Positions 36,230 through 45,090 of a stretch of 64,000 nucleotides of DNA are shown one piece after another. Position 1 is the first letter of the stretch. Every line of letters starts with the position of its first letter. Position numbers and translations under genes: made by a program. The stretch is from positions 23,337 through 87,336 of the forward strand of contig JAZDKJ010000012.1 in NCBI GenBank assembly GCA_043803105.1, written 5' to 3'. This DNA comes from Candidatus Woesearchaeota archaeon (GTDB lineage Archaea > Nanobdellota > Nanobdellia > Woesearchaeales > JAZDKJ01). The notes under the pieces were generated by a model, which saw only the letters and a program-made list of their open reading frames with translations, had not been told where the DNA came from and searched no databases.

Positions 36230-36730
36230 ATGACTGTTATCCTGGTGTCCGGAACCCCTGGCACTGGTAAGACAACTCTTGCGAAGCTCATCTCTGAACG
36301 CTTTGGCTATCACCTGTTGGATGTAAACAAGCTGATTAAGAGAAGGAATCTTGCAGAAGGTTATGACAAGTTGCGTGATTCGTTAATTGTTGATGTGAAC
36401 AAACTCTCAAAGGTTCTGGTGAAGATGATCTCACGTTCTCATGATGTTGTTGTTGATTCTCATCTTTCTCATTACCTTCCTCCATCCTGCGCTGATGCAT
36501 GCCTTGTTACCAAATGCACTTTGAAGGAGCTTAAGCGAAGGTTAGAAGAACGATATAGTCAGGCAAAAGTGCGTGAAAATCTTGATGCAGAGGTCTTTGA
36601 CATAATCAGAAACGAGGCGGTTGAGCTTGGTCACAGAGTCTACATTGTTAGGACAACGCACGGCATCAATTTGAAAAGGGTTAAGTCCATTCTAAGCAAG
36701 GTGAGTCATGACAGACAAAACCATTCTTGA
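36230..36730 (+). CDS. adenylate kinase-like NTPase (Fap7/AK6 family)
   Basis: MTVILVSGTPGTGKTT P-loop; VVDSHLSHYL motif; about 165 aa. Confidence 0.6.
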   Translation: MTVILVSGTPGTGKTTLAKLISERFGYHLLDVNKLIKRRNLAEGYDKLRDSLIVDVNKLSKVLVKMISRSHDVVVDSHLSHYLPPSCADACLVTKCTLKELKRRLEERYSQAKVRENLDAEVFDIIRNEAVELGHRVYIVRTTHGINLKRVKSILSKVSHDRQNHS

Positions 36731-37346
36731 TTATGCGAGAAAGGCAGCAGCCATTGGAGCTGCAAAGAGCGTGGTTAAGGCTCGCTTGCTGTCTGCTGGT
36801 TGGCCAGAGCAGGATGTTTCAAGAGCGATCTCTTCAGCGTATTCAAAAAAGCATAAGCTTATGTTGCCCTTGCTAATGCTCCTTTTGCTTTGCCTTGCTT
36901 TGGTTGTCTTGTTTTACAATACCCAGACCTCCGCTTCATCGATCATGCTAAATTTTCAGGTGCCAAAATCTGTCTACAAGGTTGGAGAACCTTTTTCCGG
37001 ATCATTGAGCTTCCATCATTCCTTCTTAACCTTTAGGTCTGTGCTCTTGCTGTCTTACCAAGAGCAGGACTTCCCTTCAAACTCCACTCTAACGGCATCT
37101 GTTGTTGAACCCTTAAGCTTTCGCGACCAGTCGTTACCTCTTGCTGCGTTTTCCTTGCATGATAATGCCTTGGAGTTCTCTGATTCATTTGCTAGGCGCG
37201 GGATGTATTCATTTTATGTCTCTGTTTTTTCGTGTGCGGTGCTGGAAAAGAAGCTGCATAAGTCATGCAGTGAAATAACAAAGGAAGACATAAGCACGTT
37301 ATTGCCGCTGCTCACTAGCATGGTAAAGGTTGTCGTTGTAAGTTAG
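36708..37346 (+). CDS. hypothetical single-TM protein
   Basis: ORF track. Confidence 0.4.
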   Translation: MTDKTILDYARKAAAIGAAKSVVKARLLSAGWPEQDVSRAISSAYSKKHKLMLPLLMLLLLCLALVVLFYNTQTSASSIMLNFQVPKSVYKVGEPFSGSLSFHHSFLTFRSVLLLSYQEQDFPSNSTLTASVVEPLSFRDQSLPLAAFSLHDNALEFSDSFARRGMYSFYVSVFSCAVLEKKLHKSCSEITKEDISTLLPLLTSMVKVVVVS

Positions 37347-37666
37347 AAGTAATGCGGGGAGTAGGATTTTCATGCTGACTTGCAATCTTGAACCCACGTA
37401 GGCACTAAGCCAATAGATGGCCCACAGAGCATTTCATCGGCGTTAGCCTCATCACTCGATGACTTGAGTTTGGATTTTTCGTACCCACATACCGAAAAAC
37501 TATCCCGTTTGGCTTAGACCGACCAAGGTCGGTCTATTTGGCCACTCCGGCATCCCCGCAAACTTGAGTTTTGTGGGCCTTAGACAATGTCTGATTTGCC
37601 CGCAAATGCCCTTCAGATTTTATCTGGTGAGCACGCACAAAAAGAATGGTTGTATGTTTATAAATC

Positions 37667-38026
37667 TTATTTAAGCCTCTCAAGTTTGCTCTCGAGTTCA
37701 AGCAGCTCTTGCTCTAGTTTGTCTATTGCTGAGCTGTTGTTCACGCTTTGCTTGACAGGTATTGTCCTGGCAACCTCGACCGGTTTTGGGAGTGATTTGA
37801 GGTTTGCTTTCGGGATTGCTGCCCTTAGTCTTGTGTTGAGCATGTTAATCTCTTCAAATAGCCTTTTCAGTTTGGCAACAAGCTCTCCCTTTTCTGCCCG
37901 CCTTGACTTGTTTGTTTCGTACAGTCGCAGGTTGTGTATTATGTCTTTTGAGCAGCCAAGTATGGATCGTCTCATCTGGACAGGCTCTTGAATTCCCACA
38001 AAGAATATCTCTTTTTGCTCGTTCAT
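37667..38026 (-). CDS. coiled-coil hypothetical protein
   Basis: ORF; heptad-like C-terminus; first of a 3-gene minus-strand operon. Confidence 0.45.
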   Translation of the reverse strand: MNEQKEIFFVGIQEPVQMRRSILGCSKDIIHNLRLYETNKSRRAEKGELVAKLKRLFEEINMLNTRLRAAIPKANLKSLPKPVEVARTIPVKQSVNNSSAIDKLEQELLELESKLERLK

Positions 38027-38028
38027 CT

Positions 38029-38268
38029 TCAGAATGGCTCGGTCTCAAAAAGTGTCTTGTCTATATAGCTGATCTTTCTCTCGATTTCGTCAAGCTGTGT
38101 TTTCCATTGCTCAAGGGTGGCGTCCTCTTCATTCTTTATCTCGCTCAATCTGCCCATGACAGATCTGGTCTCTGCAATCTTCGTCTTTAGAAGGCCCATA
38201 AGATCAAGTATGTCTTTGTATTCATCTATCCTAACAAAGATTGGCATTTCTTTTCTTGTCTCCATCAT
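38029..38268 (-). CDS. hypothetical protein (domain paralogous to the C-terminus of 38275..38793)
   Basis: MPIFVRIDEYKDILD...NEEDATLEQWKTQLDEIERKISYIDK parallels KPLFVRVDDYREIID...NEEDKEFEKWRLELEDMQRKLMYVDR. Confidence 0.45.
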   Translation of the reverse strand: MMETRKEMPIFVRIDEYKDILDLMGLLKTKIAETRSVMGRLSEIKNEEDATLEQWKTQLDEIERKISYIDKTLFETEPF

Positions 38269-38274
38269 GCACCC

Positions 38275-38793
38275 CTAGCTTGACACGATCCTGTCCACGT
38301 ACATGAGCTTTCGCTGCATGTCCTCGAGCTCAAGCCTCCATTTCTCGAATTCCTTGTCCTCCTCGTTCTTGAGTTCATTCATCCTGACTACTATATCGCT
38401 TGCCTCTTTCAGGTTGTTTCTGATTTCGGCTGCTCCATCGATTATTTCCCTATAATCATCCACCCTCACGAAAAGTGGTTTTTGCATCCCGATTGCCTTG
38501 AGTATCCTTTCCCTTGAGATTTCTGGTTGTGCTGCCTCTGTCACCCTCGGTTTTATTAGGTGTTCTATAGGTATCTCGATTTTCTCTGGTTGCATCAAAA
38601 CTTCTGGTTTTGGTGAGAATGCCTCTGGCTGTGGTATGGGTAATGGTTCATGCCTTTGTGTCTCCACTTTAGGTCTTGCCTTTGGATAAACTGGTGGCGG
38701 GGGCAGATCTAGGTCATCCACTGCAGGTATCTCAGGCAAGGTAATCTCTGAGTTAGAAGCCTGCTCCCTACCAAACAACCCTAAAAAACCCAT
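38275..38793 (-). CDS. hypothetical protein with Pro-rich N-terminal region and the same C-terminal domain
   Basis: ORF; paralogy as above. Confidence 0.45.
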   Translation of the reverse strand: MGFLGLFGREQASNSEITLPEIPAVDDLDLPPPPVYPKARPKVETQRHEPLPIPQPEAFSPKPEVLMQPEKIEIPIEHLIKPRVTEAAQPEISRERILKAIGMQKPLFVRVDDYREIIDGAAEIRNNLKEASDIVVRMNELKNEEDKEFEKWRLELEDMQRKLMYVDRIVSS

Positions 38794-39087
38794 CTCATCA
38801 CCCCTTTGCTTGGCTTTCTATTGGCTTGCCATATTAAAAGTTTTTGTGAGTATTTTTAGATAGTGAAAATATTTCTTGCACACTTTTATACTCCCTTGGC
38901 TATCCTGTATTTTGAAGAGATATTGACAGAAAATGATTATTGTATCATGATAAACCTTATAAACTACCTTCAATACTACAATTTCAGTTGTTGGCGTGTC
39001 GCCTCAAATTTTTATCGCACTCCTCAAGTTTTTTTGGCGACCAGCGTTCATTTTGACAGAACTTACATTCATAAAAAAGGGTGAGTC

Positions 39088-39348
39088 TTGGGCGGGGATT
39101 TGGCATTCGGAAGGTTTGCTGACTCTCCGCCTCTCTCTTTTCTTTCTGATTATTTTGCCTCCAGGAATATTGACTTGGTTGTGAACATTCCAAAAACCTT
39201 TAATAGGGAGGAGCTTACCAACGATTATCAGATTCGGAGGTTGGCTGTCGATTTTGGTGTTTTCCTAATAACCAATGCAGAGAATGCAAAGTTGTTCTTT
39301 GAGTCTCTTGCCGAGTATTCGATTGACAGCCTTGAGATTAAGTCTTGA
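39088..39348 (+). pseudogene. carB: remnant of carbamoyl-phosphate synthase large subunit C-terminal MGS-like domain
   Basis: IDLVVNIPKTFNREELTNDYQIRRLAVDFGVFLITNAENA matches the CarB MGS-like domain (INTxSG...D...IRR.A......T...A); no upstream CarB coding sequence. Confidence 0.45.
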
Positions 39349-39359
39349 GATGAATTCAA

Positions 39360-40301
39360 ATGAGCATTTTCATTGGTAATGGGATGGTTTTCACTAACGG
39401 CAGGCTCGAAAGGCTGAACCTTGTGATTGATGATAGAGTAATTTCCGACCTCACAACAGACCGCGTCACCTGTGAGCGCTACATTGATGCCAGGGGCAAG
39501 CTTATTCTTCCTGGAGTGATATGCTCCCACGTTCTCCACGATTTTTCCTCTGCTGCGGAAAATGGGGTTACTACAGTCCTTGCTGCCGAGGATTCTCTTT
39601 TGAATGATCATGTCAATTATGGGTTTCATTCAGATTCTTTGGAAATGCCAGCTGCCTCTGTTCTTATGGATATTTGTGATCCCTTAAAGTCTGGGCCTTC
39701 AAAACTTGTCTCAATCAGGTCAGACAATTTTTCCACTTTCTTCCCTATCCTGAAAAATACCAAGAACCGTATCTACCTTCGCGGCATGGGCACTGCCGAT
39801 CTCTCGCTTCTAAGGAAGTATATGAAAGGAAAGGTCTTTGCCGAATTGTCTCTTGATGCCCTTAATTCAGAGGACTCATGGAAATCACTCGAGCGTGTAG
39901 ATACATTGTCTGCAGACCCGGGTTTTTTTGGTTTGCAGTTCTTGCTTGATTCTGTCAACAAGAAGCGTCTGAGCCTAGAGAAGGCAGTCTCTCTCTTGTC
40001 AGAAAGCCCTGCCTCGATATTTGGTCTTGTTGGCAAGGGCTTCTTGCGCAAGGGTTTTGACGCTGATTTGGTCTTGGTTGACATGTTTCCATCTTTGCAG
40101 GTTGCTAACACTAGAAGCCACTTTAATGGCTTGCTCCTGAAGGGCTGGCCTGTTATGACTATAGTCAATGGCAAGGTTGCTTTCGAGGATAAGGCCTTGT
40201 TTGGCCATTGTGGCAGGCCTGTTTCATACAGGTGGGACCACTTGGAAGAGGAAAATGAATCTATTGAAGAATTGTCTGCCGAGGAGCCTCAGCCGAAATA
40301 G
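39360..40301 (+). CDS. dihydroorotase-like amidohydrolase, truncated/degenerate (likely non-catalytic)
   Basis: IDARGKLILPGVICSHVLH replaces the canonical PGxIDxHVH metal site; C-terminal GFDADLVLVD amidohydrolase motif; only 313 aa. Confidence 0.5.
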   Translation: MSIFIGNGMVFTNGRLERLNLVIDDRVISDLTTDRVTCERYIDARGKLILPGVICSHVLHDFSSAAENGVTTVLAAEDSLLNDHVNYGFHSDSLEMPAASVLMDICDPLKSGPSKLVSIRSDNFSTFFPILKNTKNRIYLRGMGTADLSLLRKYMKGKVFAELSLDALNSEDSWKSLERVDTLSADPGFFGLQFLLDSVNKKRLSLEKAVSLLSESPASIFGLVGKGFLRKGFDADLVLVDMFPSLQVANTRSHFNGLLLKGWPVMTIVNGKVAFEDKALFGHCGRPVSYRWDHLEEENESIEELSAEEPQPK

Positions 40302-40696
40302 GCTGGCTTGACAGTTGGGCCTTCTTTGAATTCTTTTTCCCGTGCTTTCTTGCCAGGCTTCTTGATTTGGCCATACATCTTTTCGTGTTGCTTTATCCTT
40401 TCTGCCAGGAGTTCATGCAGCACCTTTGCCAGTGGTGCACTCATTATTATTGCATTATGCCTTATTGTGATTGATGTTTGCTGTTCTGCTGATTCCAAAG
40501 ACATTGGGTCAAATCTTGGAGAGGTCTGCTTAAAGTCGAATACAAACCTCTCTTCATTATCTGCAATTGTGATTGAATCAGTGAAAAAGGCATCCCCATG
40601 GTTAACACTGACGTTCACGCTTTTCTGTTTATCCATTTGCATCACCCCTGGCTCGATAAGTCCCATAGGTTTAAAAAGTTTGTGTCGATGAATCAT
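40289..40696 (-). CDS. hypothetical protein
   Basis: ORF track. Confidence 0.4.
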   Translation of the reverse strand: MIHRHKLFKPMGLIEPGVMQMDKQKSVNVSVNHGDAFFTDSITIADNEERFVFDFKQTSPRFDPMSLESAEQQTSITIRHNAIIMSAPLAKVLHELLAERIKQHEKMYGQIKKPGKKAREKEFKEGPTVKPAYFG

Positions 40697-40751
40697 TGTT
40701 TTCTGACGCTGTTTCGATACATTTTTAAATTATGTAAAATCTTGTCTGTCC

Positions 40752-41330
40752 ATGGCTAAAGTTAATGATAACCCAGGCCAGGTTCTGGCTAGGTTGATTG
40801 TCGAAATGATCGGTACTCCCAAGGATCACCTGGAGCATACTCTTACAGATTTTATTAAGATGCTCAAGGATGATTCTGAACTTAAGGTTGTTGCCGAGGA
40901 TTATGCAGAGCCGGTAGAGAAAGGTAAGATGTTCAGCACTTTTGTTGAGTTGGAAATCTGGTTTAAGAACGTACCGCGTTTGCTCAATTTCTGTTTTGAG
41001 GCAATGCCCTCAAGCGTCGAGATACTTGAGCCTGTTTCTTTAGGGTTGAACGCAGGCGAGTTTTCTGGTTACCTGAATGACTTGCAGGCAAGGCTTCATA
41101 CTGTTGATATGGCGATAAAAGAGCTTGAAGCCAAGAAGATGATTCTTGAGCGCAATGCTGAGGCTTTGTTAAAGAACCTCATCACCTTGTCTGTGAAGGA
41201 TTCTCCCAAGGAGTTGAGTGTTCTTTCTGATGATGTTGGGATTAACACCGAGGATCTTAAGCCCTTGGTGGATCATCTTGTTGATAAGGGTTATCTCAAA
41301 AATTCCGATGGTGTTTATAGCCGAGCGTGA
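40752..41330 (+). CDS. hypothetical protein co-transcribed with scpB (possible divergent ScpA-like partner)
   Basis: 4-nt overlap with scpB start; C-terminal winged-helix-like LVDHLVDKGYLKNSDGVY. Confidence 0.4.
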   Translation: MAKVNDNPGQVLARLIVEMIGTPKDHLEHTLTDFIKMLKDDSELKVVAEDYAEPVEKGKMFSTFVELEIWFKNVPRLLNFCFEAMPSSVEILEPVSLGLNAGEFSGYLNDLQARLHTVDMAIKELEAKKMILERNAEALLKNLITLSVKDSPKELSVLSDDVGINTEDLKPLVDHLVDKGYLKNSDGVYSRA

Positions 41331-42358
41331 CGATGTCTGAAGAGCTTATATCAAAGGTTGAAAGCGTCCTGTTCTCCTCTGGAAGGAGCATGCAGGTGGA
41401 TGAGCTTGCTAAGCTTTGCAGTTCTTCGCACGAGCAAGTGCGCAAAGCACTCGTGGAATTGAAAAAACATTATGATGAGAAGAATGGATCTCTCATGTGT
41501 GTAGATGAAGGCAATTCTTGGAAGCTTGCCGTTCGTGAGAGGTTCCTTCCTATAGTCCAGAAGATTGTAACCAATACTGAGCTTCCCAAGAGTGTCATTG
41601 AGACACTTGCAGTTATAGCCTTCAAGCATCCTATACTCCAGTCCGAAGTGGTCAAGATTAGGACCAACAAGGCTTATGAACATTTGGAAACCCTTGAGGC
41701 CTCTGGCTATATCACAAGAGAGAAGCATGGTAGGACAAGAAAGGTCAAGCTTGCCCAGAAGTTTTTCGATTATTTTGATCTCCCGCCTGGAAGGGAAAAG
41801 GAGGCCTTTGCTGGTTTTGATAAGGTTGAAAGGGCGATAAGAGAGCACGAGCTTGCTGTTGAAAAGCTGCAGCCCAAGCATGCAAAGACTGCGGTCTTGG
41901 AGGTATACGAGACCTCTGAGGAAAATGTGAATTCTGAAGAAAAAAATCCTGACGAAAACACTGATAGCAACCTTGATAGCAACCTTGATAGCAACCTTGA
42001 TGACAGTCTTGCCCGTGAGGAAATCCAACTTCCCGCTACTGATTCTGAACCTAAAGACAGAGAGCCAGAACCAGAAATCTTGTACGCAGATGAGGTTAAT
42101 GATTCCAAGATTAGCATTTTTCTTGGTAATAAGGAGACTGAGTCTGAACCTGAAGAGTTGCCTGGTGAGTCAGTTCACGAAGATTCTGATGATGATTCTC
42201 CTGAAGGCCGTATTTCGAGGATTATTGAGAGGAAGGCCGACGCTATATTTCATCCTAAGGATGAGAAAAAAAAGGAAGACTCCAAGGGCTCGCTCAATGA
42301 TATCTATGAAGAGATAGAAAAGGATAAGAAAGAGCTGGAAAAGAAGGATGACCTCTAA
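41327..42358 (+). CDS. scpB: segregation and condensation protein B (ScpB) with acidic C-terminal extension containing a (DSNL)x3 repeat
   Basis: VESVLFSSGRSMQVDELAKL...TLAVIAFKHPILQSEVVKIRTNKAYEHLETLEASGYI matches tandem winged-helix ScpB. Confidence 0.7.
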   Translation: MTMSEELISKVESVLFSSGRSMQVDELAKLCSSSHEQVRKALVELKKHYDEKNGSLMCVDEGNSWKLAVRERFLPIVQKIVTNTELPKSVIETLAVIAFKHPILQSEVVKIRTNKAYEHLETLEASGYITREKHGRTRKVKLAQKFFDYFDLPPGREKEAFAGFDKVERAIREHELAVEKLQPKHAKTAVLEVYETSEENVNSEEKNPDENTDSNLDSNLDSNLDDSLAREEIQLPATDSEPKDREPEPEILYADEVNDSKISIFLGNKETESEPEELPGESVHEDSDDDSPEGRISRIIERKADAIFHPKDEKKKEDSKGSLNDIYEEIEKDKKELEKKDDL

Positions 42359-42500
42359 GTTCTATCTTTTGCGCTGCCCATTCTGTAAGAACTGCATGAA
42401 GTATCATTCAGACAATATAAGCAAAAAAAGGAAAGCCTGTGTCTATTGCGGCAAGTCTTTTGCAGTATTGCCTTCAATTATTAAGAAGATAGATAGTTGA
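42348..42500 (+). CDS. small zinc-ribbon protein (50 aa; CPFC...CVYC), not in ORF track (below length cut-off)
   Basis: MTSKFYLLRCPFCKNCMKYHSDNISKKRKACVYCGKSFAVLPSIIKKIDS; two CxxC pairs. Confidence 0.35.
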   Translation: MTSKFYLLRCPFCKNCMKYHSDNISKKRKACVYCGKSFAVLPSIIKKIDS

Positions 42501-42629
42501 ATGTCACATTATTTTCTATATAGAAAATAATCATGCGATAATTCGTAGATTTTTCGCATATCTGTGCTTTTTTACCGACGACAAAACACCACCAAAAGGC
42601 TTATAAAAGGACAAAAATTCTGTCTTACC

Positions 42630-45065
42630 ATGGAAGACGTTGTAAATCCAGAGCGTATAGTGCAAAAGGAAATAGAAGATGAGATGAGGCAGAGCTATCT
42701 GGATTATTCTATGTCTGTTATTGTGGGAAGGGCGCTTCCAGATGTTCGCGACGGCTTAAAGCCCGTGCATCGGAGGATTCTTTTTGCCATGTATGACCTT
42801 GGCATGCTCCACAACAAGCCTTTCAAGAAGTGTGCAAGGATTGTTGGTGAGGTTCTTGGTAAATATCATCCCCACGGAGATATTGCAGTTTATGATGCCT
42901 TGGTGAGGATGGTCCAGGATTTCTCGCTAAGGTATCCCCTGATTATTGGCCAGGGCAACTTTGGCAGTATTGACGGTGACAATGCTGCTGCTAGGAGATA
43001 TACCGAGGCCAAGCTTCATGAACTGTCTGAGGAACTTTTGAAGGACATTGAAAAGGATACAGTTCTCTTCAATCCTAATTTTGACAATACCTTAAAAGAG
43101 CCTGTTGTGCTTCCGTCAAGGCTTCCAAATCTTCTGGTTAACGGCAGTTCTGGGATTGCTGTTGGCATGGCAACCAATATCCCGCCGCATAACCTGCGTG
43201 AAGTCTGCTTGGCAGTCAATGCTTTTGTCGATGATCCAACAATCAGCTCTGCGAAACTGCAGGAGCATCTGTTGGGTCCTGATTTTCCTACTGGTGGGAT
43301 TATCTGCGGCACTTCCGGGATAAGGGAAGCTTATCATACTGGCAAGGGAAAGGTTACTGTGCGCTCAAAGACCTCAATTGAGAGGAAGGGCAATCATGAC
43401 AACATTATAGTTAACGAAATCCCTTACATGGTGAACAAGGCGATGCTAATCGAGCAGATTGCAGAACTTGTCAAGGAGAAGACCATAAGTGGCATTGACG
43501 ATTTGAGGGATGAGTCTGACAGGGAGGGTATTAGGGTCGTCATCGAATTGAAGCCAGGAGCTAACTCAGAGGTTGTCTTAAACCAATTATTTGTTCACTC
43601 TCGTCTTGAGTCCACATTTGGCATCATCATGCTTGCACTTGTCGATAACCAGCCTAAGGTCCTCAACCTTGCAGAACTTATTCAGTACTTTGTTTCCCAC
43701 AGGCAGTCTGTTGTTAGGAGAAGGACTACATTTGACCTCGAAAAGGCAAAGGAAAAAGCGCATCTGCTTGAGGGAATAATCATTGCCTTGAACAATATCG
43801 ATGAGATCATCCAGAAGATTAAGCGGTCCAAGGATACGGTTTCTGCAATGGCTATCCTTTCGCGTGACTATAATTTATCAGAAAAGCAGTCTAAGGCTAT
43901 ACTTGAGATGCGCCTGCAGAGGCTCTCCTCACTTGAGCAGCAGAAGGTCAGAGACGAGCATTCTTCTTTGATCAAACTCATTGCTGAGCTTGCAGCCATC
44001 CTTGCTGACGAATCAAGGATCCTTGCCATAATACGGCAGGAAACCTCTGACCTCCTGCAAAAATATTCTGATGCGCGGCGCACCCAGATTTTGGAGATTG
44101 AGACAGACACAGGGCTTGAAGACCTCATAAAGCCCGAAGAGGTTATTGTGACCATGACTCACTTAGGTTATGTCAAGCGGCAGCCAATTGATGTCTACAG
44201 GCAGCAGCGTCGTGGCGGCCGCGGCATCATCGCAGCCTCTGCTCATGAGGAAGACTTTATTGAGGAAATTTTTACAGCAAATACCCACGATTATATCCTG
44301 CTTTTCACAAACCATGGCCAGGTACACTGGCTTAAGGTCTATTCACTGCCTGACGCATCAAGGATTGCAAAAGGCACTGCTGTGGCCAATCTCTTGAGCC
44401 TGGGCACGGATGAGAAGGTCACAGCATTTGTTCCTGTGCATACCTTTGATAGTGGTTTTCTTTTCATGTGCACAAAGAAAGGTATTGTCAAAAAGACTGC
44501 TCTTGAGTTGTTCTCCAGACCCAGGCGGGGAGGAATTATTGCTCTCACACTTGACGATAATGATGAGCTCATTGGTGTTCGCTTGACTGATGGCAATAAG
44601 CAGATAATCCTTGCAACGCGTAATGGGCTTGCAGCAAGATTCTTAGAAAATGATGTAAGGGACATTGGAAGGACTGGCAGGGGCGTTCGCGGAATTAGGT
44701 TAAAGAATGATGATTGTGTTGTAAGTCTTGTTGTTGCTGATGATTCATTGTCTTTGCTCTCAATTACCGAGAACGGTTATGGCAAGCGTACAACGGTGCC
44801 CGAATACCGTCTTATTGGTCGTGGTGGAAGTGGTGTGATAAACATCCAGTGTTCAGATCGGAATGGAAAGGTTGTCTCAGTTATCCCGGTTTCAGACAAC
44901 GAGGAACTGATGCTCATTAGCGAAAAGGGCATTGCCATCAGGATGCCTGTTGGGACCATTTCTAAAATTGGTAGGAACACTCAAGGTGTGCGCTTGATGA
45001 AACTCGAACAAGACGACCTCGTAGTTTCTGCGACAAAGACTCTTCCGGAAAACAACAGCGTTTAA
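42630..45065 (+). CDS. gyrA: DNA gyrase subunit A
   Basis: ERIVQKEIEDEMRQSYLDYSMSVIVGRALPDVRDGLKPVHRRILFAM (active-site Tyr region) and C-terminal beta-pinwheel repeats; start moved to ATG at 42630. Confidence 0.9.
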   Translation: MEDVVNPERIVQKEIEDEMRQSYLDYSMSVIVGRALPDVRDGLKPVHRRILFAMYDLGMLHNKPFKKCARIVGEVLGKYHPHGDIAVYDALVRMVQDFSLRYPLIIGQGNFGSIDGDNAAARRYTEAKLHELSEELLKDIEKDTVLFNPNFDNTLKEPVVLPSRLPNLLVNGSSGIAVGMATNIPPHNLREVCLAVNAFVDDPTISSAKLQEHLLGPDFPTGGIICGTSGIREAYHTGKGKVTVRSKTSIERKGNHDNIIVNEIPYMVNKAMLIEQIAELVKEKTISGIDDLRDESDREGIRVVIELKPGANSEVVLNQLFVHSRLESTFGIIMLALVDNQPKVLNLAELIQYFVSHRQSVVRRRTTFDLEKAKEKAHLLEGIIIALNNIDEIIQKIKRSKDTVSAMAILSRDYNLSEKQSKAILEMRLQRLSSLEQQKVRDEHSSLIKLIAELAAILADESRILAIIRQETSDLLQKYSDARRTQILEIETDTGLEDLIKPEEVIVTMTHLGYVKRQPIDVYRQQRRGGRGIIAASAHEEDFIEEIFTANTHDYILLFTNHGQVHWLKVYSLPDASRIAKGTAVANLLSLGTDEKVTAFVPVHTFDSGFLFMCTKKGIVKKTALELFSRPRRGGIIALTLDDNDELIGVRLTDGNKQIILATRNGLAARFLENDVRDIGRTGRGVRGIRLKNDDCVVSLVVADDSLSLLSITENGYGKRTTVPEYRLIGRGGSGVINIQCSDRNGKVVSVIPVSDNEELMLISEKGIAIRMPVGTISKIGRNTQGVRLMKLEQDDLVVSATKTLPENNSV

Positions 45066-45090
45066 ATACTGATTCTCCTTTGTTATTTTT

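Noticed and set aside
37587-37991. 134-aa plus-strand ORF overlapping the minus-strand coiled-coil gene
   Set aside because: It is a Ser/Leu-rich low-complexity translation of the antisense of a coiled-coil gene and starts inside the GC-rich intergenic region.
41351-42028. 225-aa minus-strand ORF antisense to scpB
   Set aside because: It is low complexity (poly-Ser/Leu/Ile from the acidic repeat region read in reverse), and the sense-strand ScpB match is unambiguous.
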